From IMG/VR virus record IMGVR_UViG_3300032285_004054, positions 154,401 to 218,400 of that record: a DNA stretch of 64,000 nucleotides; one strand, 5' to 3'. The translations under genes were made by a program, and so were the position numbers. This document shows, piece by piece, positions 55,337 to 64,000 of the stretch. Positions within the stretch are counted from its first letter, which is position 1, and each line of letters begins with the position of its first letter. The notes below the pieces were generated by a model. That model worked only from the letters and a program-made list of their open reading frames with translations, was not told the origin of the DNA and searched no databases.

Positions 55337-55612
55337 TCACAGAATTCCCACAAAATCCTGGAAATTCTCCTGTGTTTTCTCTGATAATTCCTTAATAATA
55401 CTATAGTTTTTCGGGAACATTTTACAGATTTCCGCTACTTGATCCCTGTCTGTTGAACCATCCTGGTAACGAACATCTATCTTACACATTAAACTACTAG
55501 GGAATATAGTTTGCATTTCCGTTACTTGTACGGTCATAATTCTTCCGTCATAGTAATAATCAAACCAGTCCCCAGGCTTGAGATTACTAACAAATGATAG
55601 GTTATCGAACAT
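55337..55612 (-). CDS. Tail-family member under an early-type promoter
   Basis: Ends LSEKTQENFQDFVGIL; TTGAAC-17-TAGTAT-6-ATG. Confidence 0.7.
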   Translation of the reverse strand: MFDNLSFVSNLKPGDWFDYYYDGRIMTVQVTEMQTIFPSSLMCKIDVRYQDGSTDRDQVAEICKMFPKNYSIIKELSEKTQENFQDFVGIL

Positions 55613-55667
55613 GAATATATACTAGAGGAATTTGATTTATAGTTCAACTATAAAATAAATATAACCG

Positions 55668-55991
55668 ATGAACTTCGAGGATCTTGTTGTAGAGGCTATA
55701 CATAACAAATATGTTAAGTTTGATATAGAGATTCTTAGTGGTCCTTACCCTGGTGAACATTACGGGTGGTTGGAAGAGTGTCAAGTATACAAAGCAAGAA
55801 TTTTTGATAATACAAACGTTCAATTAATCTATCAACCGAGTAGGGATTATGTTGGTGCGAAGAATTTTGACGTCTGGTGGTTTGGTCGGGAGGCTGGATT
55901 TGACGAACAGGCCAAAGCAGCTATAATAAAATACAATATGTCAAAGGAAGCTAAGGGATCATTTGGTGACTTCTTAGACGCCATATCATGA
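55668..55991 (+). CDS. Tail-family member
   Basis: MNFEDLVVEA ... MSKEAKGSFGDFLDAIS. Confidence 0.8.
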   Translation: MNFEDLVVEAIHNKYVKFDIEILSGPYPGEHYGWLEECQVYKARIFDNTNVQLIYQPSRDYVGAKNFDVWWFGREAGFDEQAKAAIIKYNMSKEAKGSFGDFLDAIS

Positions 55992-56314
55992 GCTTAAACG
56001 TAGAAATAATTCCCAGAAGAACGTACGATACAAGTTACGGATTCAAGCGTTACAGTTGTAAGATATCCGGATCTGTAGACGGAATTGATATCAATAATGC
56101 ACTACCTTGGCAGAAAGGTGTCTTCCAAGTAGAAATATGGCATAATGGCTCCTGTCGACTACCTGCTTTAGATCAAGTTCCAGAGATTCCCTACCCTAAA
56201 ACCTATCACAAGTTTTGTGCTGAAGTTAAGAAAGCTATTGAAGACCAGGAGCTAATATCCTCACTATCGCCGGAAACAGGCGATGCTTTCAAAGACCTTA
56301 TTAGTATAACTTAG
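55988..56314 (+). CDS. Tail-family member
   Basis: Ends LSPETGDAFKDLISIT. Confidence 0.78.
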   Translation: MSLNVEIIPRRTYDTSYGFKRYSCKISGSVDGIDINNALPWQKGVFQVEIWHNGSCRLPALDQVPEIPYPKTYHKFCAEVKKAIEDQELISSLSPETGDAFKDLISIT

Positions 56315-56475
56315 AAACCGGCCTGATCTAGAAAAGCAACAGCACCTTGAATAAGACCGATAGCAATATCAGGTTTATTGTTTTGATTGAGGCTTCTAAC
56401 ATCATTAAGGAGATTCTTAAGTCTCTCAATTAGAGCAATAAGCTGCTCTTTAGAATATTCGTTTGATTTAGGCAT
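56311..56475 (-). CDS. Small helical late protein
   Basis: MPKSNEYSKEQLIALIERL (54 aa); TAAATA 6 nt upstream. Confidence 0.55.
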   Translation of the reverse strand: MPKSNEYSKEQLIALIERLKNLLNDVRSLNQNNKPDIAIGLIQGAVAFLDQAGF

Positions 56476-56603
56476 ATAAGTTATTTAACTATAGGTTTTT
56501 CCTTTTCAACCTTTTTATTGTGTTCTCTATCAATAGTTAGGAACAGTCTTTTAATTTTCTCCCTCTTAAGTTTCTTCTTTTTAGAGGGAGAACTCATTCA
56601 ATA

Positions 56604-56828
56604 TTATTTAGGCAAATATGTCTTAGTTATCATTGATATAATCATATCATGGTCATGATGATAACTAGAATCGTCTTCATAATCAAAACGATCAAACGAA
56701 CCATTACTAAACGTAATATAAATTGCCTTTACATCTTCACCTTCAGGACTATCAATAAACATAATCCTTTGAGCAAAAGCTAAATTAACGTATTGATTTT
56801 GAAGTTTTACAAAGTTTGGAGATTGCAT
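56604..56828 (-). CDS. Hypothetical protein
   Basis: 74 aa. Confidence 0.55.
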   Translation of the reverse strand: MQSPNFVKLQNQYVNLAFAQRIMFIDSPEGEDVKAIYITFSNGSFDRFDYEDDSSYHHDHDMIISMITKTYLPK

Positions 56829-56953
56829 AATACAAAAATATAATAGCTCTTTTTATTTCTTTAGCAAGTGATATAATGAAATAAGGTATAACTGTTACAT
56901 AGATAGCCCATATGATTATTAGCATTAGGTTCCTTACAGCGTTTTCAGACCAA

Positions 56954-58160
56954 TCAGGGTACATAATCTACCTCCTCGACACGTCTTACCTCAAGTCCAA
57001 AATCAACTCTAATAGGCTTCCCTACTACATGATTGCTTTCATCTATTGCTCTTACAATAATACAACAAGGATCCTTTAGGTCCATCTGAACCATTCCAGC
57101 ATCCATAATATAAACAGATTCGTTTTCTAAACCACAATCAGGAGCATGATCTACTCTTACTGCTTTCATGATGATCTAGGAAGGTATACTGCACTAATGT
57201 TATCAGACTCTATACCAAGAGATCTTACTTCCTGGTACTCTCCATCGTACCAATGTTTGTCTTGTTTTGGATAAAAGCTAAGGCCAGTAACAATTTCAAT
57301 TTTCTTTACTTCGTCATATCCAGTTTCATATCCATCCACGAGAACAATTTGCTCAGGATCATACTTTTGTAGTTGCTCTAATAGTTCTTTAACTTTCATA
57401 TTTTCCAGGTTGTTTTGCCTCCAAAGTGACCACAGGTTTCACAAGAGCCTTTATCAGACTCGTAATCATCATATTGAAGACAATAGAGAAGATCATCTAC
57501 AGATGTTTGGTTCTTCTTAATAGCTTCCTTTAGTTGACCAAGTAAATAATCTATCAGTTCTTCGTTCTGTTCAAGATACTCTCCTTCTTTTAGCCACTCT
57601 CCATTTACACACCATGCTGGACCAAAGCAGGACTTTTCATCTTTAATGATTATATATTTGTGTTCGTCAGACATTAGAGTGATGGCTTATTTGTTCCAAT
57701 ATCTTCAGCTACATAAGGACATTGCATCTTAATCCATTTGCTAGAAGGATATTCTTTAAAAGATACATAACCATCTGTACCCCAGGGATAACCTTTTGAA
57801 TAGTAGGTCTGCTGAACCTCTCCATTAATGTTTAGTCTTTGAATCTTATAGTAATGTACCTGAGGTCGATCGAAATAAGCACATCCTGTAAAAAACAAAA
57901 TAGGTACAAGTGGTATAGCTATTATAAAAGCTATTACTTTTACCTCAAACCAGAATGTTTTAGATTTGTTAGTCATACTACTCAACCTTCTCACCAGGAA
58001 TCTTTCCAATGTCTAAGAAGACAGAATGAGGATGAGTATCTTTGTAGGTGACTAGATCAATACCAAACACATTAAAGACATTATTGGACTTACTAGCACA
58101 ATAAACATCTGCATCAGGATCTTGAAGCTCGAGAGCATGAATGAGTTCTTTTACTGTCAT
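56954..58160 (-). other. Coupled operon of five small hypothetical ORFs (56954-57169, 57166-57399, 57396-57674, 57674-57976 with lipobox FTGC, 57978-58160)
   Basis: ATGA overlaps; upstream TTGACT..TAGAAT promoter. Confidence 0.6.
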
Positions 58161-58197
58161 ATGATAATTCTATATGATTATCTTTTTGAGTCAAGCA

Positions 58198-58620
58198 CTA
58201 AATCTTATTCAGTAAAGAAGCTGATGAGTTTAGGTCCTGTTGACCCCAATCAACTAAAAGAGCATTGACACCAGCTTGTTCAGCACAGATGCACACCTCA
58301 ACACTATCATCAATATGAAGGGTACTCTTAAGGTTCAAAAGAGTCTGAGTCTTTGATCTGCCTTCTGTACTAATAACAGACTTGATAGGGAGGTTGTAGA
58401 GCTTAATCAGATCATGACACTCTGGAATATGTTCAGGCATTCTAAATGTTACAACATGAATCTCAAAACCCTCTTCATGCTTTTCTCTAACAAAGTCATG
58501 GACTCTCTTTACAGGTTCTGGATCGAAGCCAGATGATATCCAAAGAGCTCCAGAACCATATTGATATGCTGGATCCTCAAACAGAGTGTCGTCAAAGTCG
58601 ACTGTGATTACTGGCTTCAT
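58198..58620 (-). CDS. HAD-superfamily phosphatase
   Basis: VDFDDTL motif I, VTFR motif II, HIDDS motif IV. Confidence 0.8.
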   Translation of the reverse strand: MKPVITVDFDDTLFEDPAYQYGSGALWISSGFDPEPVKRVHDFVREKHEEGFEIHVVTFRMPEHIPECHDLIKLYNLPIKSVISTEGRSKTQTLLNLKSTLHIDDSVEVCICAEQAGVNALLVDWGQQDLNSSASLLNKI

Positions 58621-58736
58621 TTTGTAAAAAGGTTTCTAATCAATTTATAGCTCACATAGGATGTAATTACAATAAAAAAGATAAACAGAAATATATCTGG
58701 TTCAGTTATATACATATCCTATATGCTCTAGAAGGA

Positions 58737-61243
58737 CTAGTCAAGAGAATCTTCAGCAACTTCTGGTTTAAAGTCTTTAGGAATGTTATCATCTAACCAC
58801 TCTTTTGGTCTCTCTGTAAACTTTCCTTCTTCTCCTAACAGACTAAAATAAGCACATTCCAATCCAATAAGCATACCATACATATACTCATTGCAGTTGT
58901 AGTTGCCATTCTGCTTTTGGATGTCAATAAGACCTTTAATCTTTTCAGCTGCTTCTTTCATAATGTTATAGGTAAAGTAGTCTTTGTACCATCATAAGCT
59001 ACATGGTATACTGGAGTTGCTTCTCTAATAACTCTAACACCACCACAGACATTATCTTCATCTCTAATTGGAACAACTTCACAGTCTGGTCCTTTATATG
59101 GAACATAAGCAATGTCTTTTCCAAAATGAGGATCAATGTTTGGAGGTACTGGAACAGTTGGAAGAGTTCTCCAAATGTTTTGATTCTTTATGATCTCTTC
59201 ATTCTGCTTAACAATCATTTCAAGCAGTTCAATAATCTTTTCTTCTTTCTTCATATTAATTTCTAGGATCAGTCCAACTCTGAATAGGATAAGGTGTATT
59301 GAGAATCATTTCAACAAAAGCTTTTCCTTTTTCAGTAAGTGTAAGTTGATCAGCATCAGAATCATGTTCAGCAAATCTCACTAGGATATGATCTTTTAGT
59401 AATTGACTAGCAGCATCATATTCTGCCTTATTCCATCTGTTGATCATATACCTTGGCATATAGTGAGCTTTGAGTAGAATTTCAATCTTTAATGGACTGT
59501 GTAGGTTTCTGCTAATCATATTTTTACCAGGCTGGAAGGTTTTTACTAATGTTCCATCCTTTTGCTTCATATTTCTTTTCAAGTCTTTCTAGGATAGGCT
59601 TTAGAAAGTCATTGAGTTCTTTGCTTGTACAATTCTCTTCACAGCTCAGATAATAGAACATACCCTTATAATATGTCTCCCAATGATATGCTTTACTTCT
59701 ACTCAGTTGACCAATCATTGTAGATGGTAGACCTGTAGCTGTATAGAAAATTTCTTTCTTCTTCATACTATGATGCTAATCTATTTCCTGGTTTGTATCC
59801 AGCTGCTTTTAGAACTTCATCTCTAGCTTCCAATAACTTCTCAGATGGTAAAAAATAAGGCTCAACACAGCTTAGAAGCTTATCAATAGCTCTGCCCAAA
59901 GATTCTTTCCTTTCTCCATAAATGTGTCTGTGGAGTTCTTTAGCCATTCTATCTTTAATAAGGTCTTCATACATTCCTATGCTAGACTCTGACCATTGGC
60001 TATCTATATCTTGGTAATACTCTGTAAAGAATTCAAGTTTAGCTCTATGTCTAATCCTGCCACTATTGGATATCTCCTTAGTGTATTGGATCATATCTGT
60101 AAAGTCTTTGTCATTCATATTATTGATCTTTATATCTTAAACCTTATCATCATAAGCTTCATCATATCCATTTCTCCAAGCCTCTTCTTTAATCTCTTCA
60201 ATCCTTTCATTAAAGACATTCAAAAGATAATCAATAAAAAGCTTTGCTGACTCTTCTACATCTCCTTCAAACTTTAATTTGTCTTCATTAAAGTCAAACT
60301 TACCAACTTCTTTATGTTCTTTGTTAAAGAATGTTACAATGTGATTAGGTTCAAAAAGAGATAGAGCATTATCAGTACAAATAACTTTATCCCAATTAGA
60401 TGTATCAATCTCTAGTTCTTTCATATTAGTTTACTGTTACCTTTTGATACCCTATCTCCTCTATAACAACTCCACCCTTTAAGAGTCTGTGTTTATATCT
60501 TTGATTAGAGAATGATTTTAGCATAGCCCAAGCCCCTTCTGCAAAGGACTTCTGCATATCACAGAATCCCATCACTCTACTCCACTTATCAACAGGAGGT
60601 TCCATATAGAACTGAATATCATAGTATGATTTTTTCATTTCAAGAAGTATAGCACAGTAAAGTAAAGTGTCCAGACAAAAAAAGCACAGATGAAGCAAAA
60701 GATTCCAAGTAATGCTAAACCAAAGTCTCCAAAAAGAGAACCATCACTTGCATCATTTAGGTTTTTACCACCAAAGATAGCAAGAGCAATGGATAGGATA
60801 ATAGGAATCCAAATAGATGAGAAAGAGATTGTGAGTGCTAAAATCATAAATTAAATGCCTCATTAACTCTCTCTTCAAACTTCTTAACAGCTGGGAGGAT
60901 TACTTCTTGTACAACTTGTGATTCTGGATGAACATCTTTAGCTAACATACTCCCAAATTCCATTGCAGCAAATACTACTTTATTTCTAATAACAGAAAGC
61001 TCATCATGTTCTTCTAGTCCAGTTAGAACCTCTTTTAGGAAATTTTTAATCTCTTCTCTTTTCATATTAATTAAAATAATTCTGTGCTCCAAACAAACTA
61101 TATACCCAATGATAATATGGTGTAAAAAACTTTACAAGCCAAAAACATATACCAAAGATAAATGGAACAACTAAAGCAATTATTACAAAGATTGCAATTG
61201 CATGTATTGCTACTAATAGATTTTCAATTGTCTTTGTGCTCAT
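58737..61243 (-). other. Run of small hypothetical ORFs (58737-58961, 58958-59254, 59256-59582, 59524-59766, 59768-60118, 60137-60424, 60426-60638, 60635-60847 membrane, 60844-61065, 61067-61243 membrane)
   Basis: Tightly packed, co-oriented; no family recognised. Confidence 0.6.
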
Positions 61244-61417
61244 ATTAATGTTTAAAGAAAGTATATGTCAAATAGCCCCAAGTTACAAGCATAAAAAATA
61301 CAAATACTGAAAAGCCTATAATCAGAGTCTTATGAATCTCTCTAACAAGCTGAAGAACTGATATATTAAAATCAGATTGTTTTGTATTAAATTCAGCTTG
61401 TGATGATTTGAATGTAT

Positions 61418-61603
61418 CTAGTTTAATTTTGCAATTTTTTCACAAATATTGTTGTATTTGTTACAAAGCTTACTTTCTGCCCTATCAAGCTTATTCAACT
61501 CTCTCTTTATAAGAGTATATTCTTTTTTAACACCCTTGAGCTGTTTATCAATACAACCAAGAGTAAATTTTAGCTTTTTGATTTGTTCTTTCTTATTTTT
61601 CAT
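61418..61603 (-). CDS. Coiled-coil early protein
   Basis: TTGAAG-17-TATACT-6-ATG; MKNK start. Confidence 0.6.
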   Translation of the reverse strand: MKNKKEQIKKLKFTLGCIDKQLKGVKKEYTLIKRELNKLDRAESKLCNKYNNICEKIAKLN

Positions 61604-61624
61604 ACATTCAGTATATAGGCTTCT

Positions 61625-61810
61625 TTAGGGCACTTCAAGCCTTTTCTTCTTCTCAATAGTTGTGTAAATGAACATCTCTTTTGGTATCCAAAATTGATAC
61701 CATCTCTTAGTTACTGGTGCTCTTTGTATAGCTTGAAAATCATATACATTATAAGTTGAAACCCTAGGCATCAACCATTCATCTTTCTTTAGTCCTATAG
61801 AGTCATTCAT
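61625..61810 (-). CDS. Hypothetical protein
   Basis: Likely start MNDSIG. Confidence 0.5.
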   Translation of the reverse strand: MNDSIGLKKDEWLMPRVSTYNVYDFQAIQRAPVTKRWYQFWIPKEMFIYTTIEKKKRLEVP

Positions 61811-61811
61811 A

Positions 61812-62498
61812 TTAAATCTCCTCAAGTTCTTTAGGTTTAATAGGTGCTGTAACCTTTATACTATATCCATCACTAATGAAGTTACTGCAAATAATCTCTG
61901 ACTTCTCTCCTCTTGGCAAATTAGGCATAGCTTTATCAATGCTCTTCCAAATATCACTCCAATCAGCTGTGTCCTTATTCTCAATAGCATTAGCAATCTT
62001 CTTCCAAAGTTTCTTAGGAACTTTAAAGAGCTTATACTCAATTGCTCCTTGAACTACAGGCAATGGAACACCAGTGTGACTAAAAGGCTTATCAAACCTT
62101 CTAGTGTAATCAGCCCATCCATCATTGTCCTTAAAAGCTTTGTACCTTCCTAGAACCTTATAAATCTCATAGGCCATTGTAGCATCTCCTACCTTCTCCT
62201 GGTTATAGATGCCATAGGATACATTAGGATTGTTCTCTAAATCTGTACCCTTGAACAGATACTTCCTAGCACAATTATGAATCTCTTGTTTATCTTCATA
62301 GGCTAATGAATATCCAAATGCTTCATCAAGGGCATAATCAATCTGACCAAGTTTTAATCTCTGAAAAACTTCTAAAGACTTCAACAGAGTTGGAATGTGT
62401 CTCTCATCAAACTCAATAGTAACAGGCTGTCGAACTTTCTCTTTATAGTTCTTAGCAGCCTTCTTAAGATTCTTTTTAGCTTGTACTTTAGTGGTCAT
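61812..62498 (-). CDS. Hypothetical early protein
   Basis: 228 aa; TTGAGG-17-TATTAT promoter. Confidence 0.65.
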   Translation of the reverse strand: MTTKVQAKKNLKKAAKNYKEKVRQPVTIEFDERHIPTLLKSLEVFQRLKLGQIDYALDEAFGYSLAYEDKQEIHNCARKYLFKGTDLENNPNVSYGIYNQEKVGDATMAYEIYKVLGRYKAFKDNDGWADYTRRFDKPFSHTGVPLPVVQGAIEYKLFKVPKKLWKKIANAIENKDTADWSDIWKSIDKAMPNLPRGEKSEIICSNFISDGYSIKVTAPIKPKELEEI

Positions 62499-62532
62499 TG
62501 TGTCTTTATAATATATGGATCTTTAGGACACC

Positions 62533-63376
62533 TCAAGCTTCTTCTTTTGTATAATCCTCTTCAATGTTCTCATTGGTTTCCATATCCCACATCTCATCAA
62601 TGTTAATATCAAACCCATCACTTTGAAAAGCTCTATCTCTTGCAATGTCTTTAATGAGCTTATTAGCTTCATCAGTAATCTCTCCATCACTGAGACTATC
62701 ATCAACCTCCATCTCAGTCTCTACCCAGATCTTTACTTCAGCTGATACATAGATTGTTCTCATTTATTTCTCCTTTTTAACAGGTGTAATTTCACTCTGA
62801 ACAATATCTGGAAACTTTTTACCAAGCATTGGCTTTAGAATGTTTGGTATTCTGTCGAGCTTCTTCATCTCATCTCTCTCCTTAAGATACTTCAAACAGA
62901 TTTGAGGTACAAACCTACCAAGATCCTCTACTTCAGCATTCAAGTTAATATAATCAGAGACTTCATTCCACTGATTCATAATCTTTAGAGCTTCTTCTTT
63001 CCATTGTCTCAACTCATTATTTACATCTCTCAGTTCATTTATAATCCTCTCATCCTCTTGAGTTTTGACCCACAGAGCATCTCTTTCTAGCTGAACATCC
63101 TTTAGAGTCTTTGTCAATACAGACACAGACAACTCCAAATCAATATCATCATTCATAATCTTATTCTAAAATATGATTCTTAATCATCTCAAAAAGAGAA
63201 TCAATACTCTCTTTAACTGAGCCTTCAATCTTAATTGCTGTCTTTAAAACATTACCTTCAAAGCCTTTCATTGGATCATTAGGATCTTTAGGAACTGGCA
63301 AAGCACTATCTCCATCCCAATAAATGAGACTGATGAGATTGTTATTCCTATCAATTGATATTTTATAATTGTTCAT
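62533..63376 (-). other. Three-gene early operon (62533-62763, 62764-63156, 63161-63376)
   Basis: TTGACA-17-TAGACT-6-ATG at its head. Confidence 0.62.
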
Positions 63377-63480
63377 TATTACAGTCTATATGCTTTAGGA
63401 GAAGGTGTCAAGAAAAGAATTTTTACTAGAATCTATTGTTTTTACTGATGAGTAAAAATTCATGTTTTCAGCAAAAACAA

Positions 63481-63732
63481 TCAATAGCAGCAATCACACT
63501 TCTCAACAGTTGGATCAATATCTGCAATGACATTTCTAGCCTTTCTCAATGCTTGATCCAAATGATCCTTATTGATCTCATCCTTCTGTGCTACAATGAC
63601 TAGGTGCTTTAGAGCTTTCATGAGATCATCTCTTTCTAGTTTCAAAGCATCAAACTGTTCAACAAAACTCTTCATCTCTTGGACATCTTCTTTGATTTGT
63701 TTATGATCTTCTTTAATAAAATTGTGAATCAT
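63481..63732 (-). CDS. Coiled-coil early protein
   Basis: TTGAAT-17-TAGACT-6-ATG. Confidence 0.62.
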   Translation of the reverse strand: MIHNFIKEDHKQIKEDVQEMKSFVEQFDALKLERDDLMKALKHLVIVAQKDEINKDHLDQALRKARNVIADIDPTVEKCDCCY

Positions 63733-63741
63733 TTTTACAGT

Positions 63742-63942
63742 CTATAGAGATTCTAAGGACAATTCAAGCTTTTTAATTTTATCCCTTAACTCTTTATTGA
63801 CATCTTCTTGTTCATTAAGCATCCTCTCTAGTTCCCAGACTTTAGCTTCTAATGAATCTCTTTCTAGTTCTACTTTTTCTAGTCTGTCTTCAAACCACTC
63901 GAGTCTAAACTCTGGGTCATCATAGTCATAAGGGCAATTCAT
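63742..63942 (-). CDS. Coiled-coil early protein
   Basis: TTGACA-17-TAGAAT-6-ATG. Confidence 0.62.
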   Translation of the reverse strand: MNCPYDYDDPEFRLEWFEDRLEKVELERDSLEAKVWELERMLNEQEDVNKELRDKIKKLELSLESL

Positions 63943-64000
63943 TTTTACATTCTATATGCTTTAGGAGGAGGTGTCAATAAGATTCTTCACCACAGCATCA

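Larger units (their letters stand above)
17920..56487. promoter_or_regulatory. Dispersed gp55-type late promoters TAAATA
   Basis: TAAATA 6 nt before ATG at + 17920, 18608, 19777, 25387, 30240, 53800, 55656 and - 38548, 39466, 56482; 5-8 nt in several others. Confidence 0.8.
46987..63977 (-). promoter_or_regulatory. Dispersed family of sigma70-type early promoters with the ATG at the expected +1
   Basis: 14 copies of TTGNNN-N17-(T/C)ANNNT-N6-ATG for starts 46986, 48457, 48674, 48903, 49267, 50861, 51174, 51691, 52944, 55612, 61603, 63376, 63732, 63942; two N7 copies (47155, 51384). Confidence 0.88.

Overview
64 kb segment of a large AT-rich T4-like myophage; host unknown, with a weak bS21 hint toward the PVC superphylum. 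1-35.4 kb is the replication/recombination core (gp41, UvsX, gp43, gp46/47, gp55, UvsW/Y, gp61, ThyX, GuaC). It contains a 7-deazaguanine DNA-modification pathway (QueF, PurN-like DpdN, DpdA, QueD, QueE; a second QueD at 54.6 kb; FolE and QueC are not in the window), a glycosyltransferase cluster, and late genes whose products start with T4 internal-protein-like capsid-targeting sequences. Eleven tRNAs lie in two clusters, including an unusual long-arm tRNA(UAU), next to a phage bS21. Headline observation: a family of 17 small ORFs (19 motif copies) with divergent cores and a shared C-terminal tail ([WY]ExxxxLSx[DE]Txx[ST]FGGLLDV[LI]). Eleven are in tandem at 39.8-44.6 kb, joined by a repeated DNA junction that encodes the tail of one gene, a GGAGG ribosome-binding site, and the start plus capsid-targeting peptide of the next gene in another frame. 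I infer a recombination-shufflable arsenal of virion-injected proteins. Also notable: apparently leaderless mRNAs from both early (-35/17/-10/6 nt/ATG) and late (TAAATA/6 nt/ATG) promoters, a HiPIP-like virion protein, a 3.8 kb stretch with no CG dinucleotide, and a candidate structured ncRNA. All family assignments come from motif recognition by eye; no searches were run.
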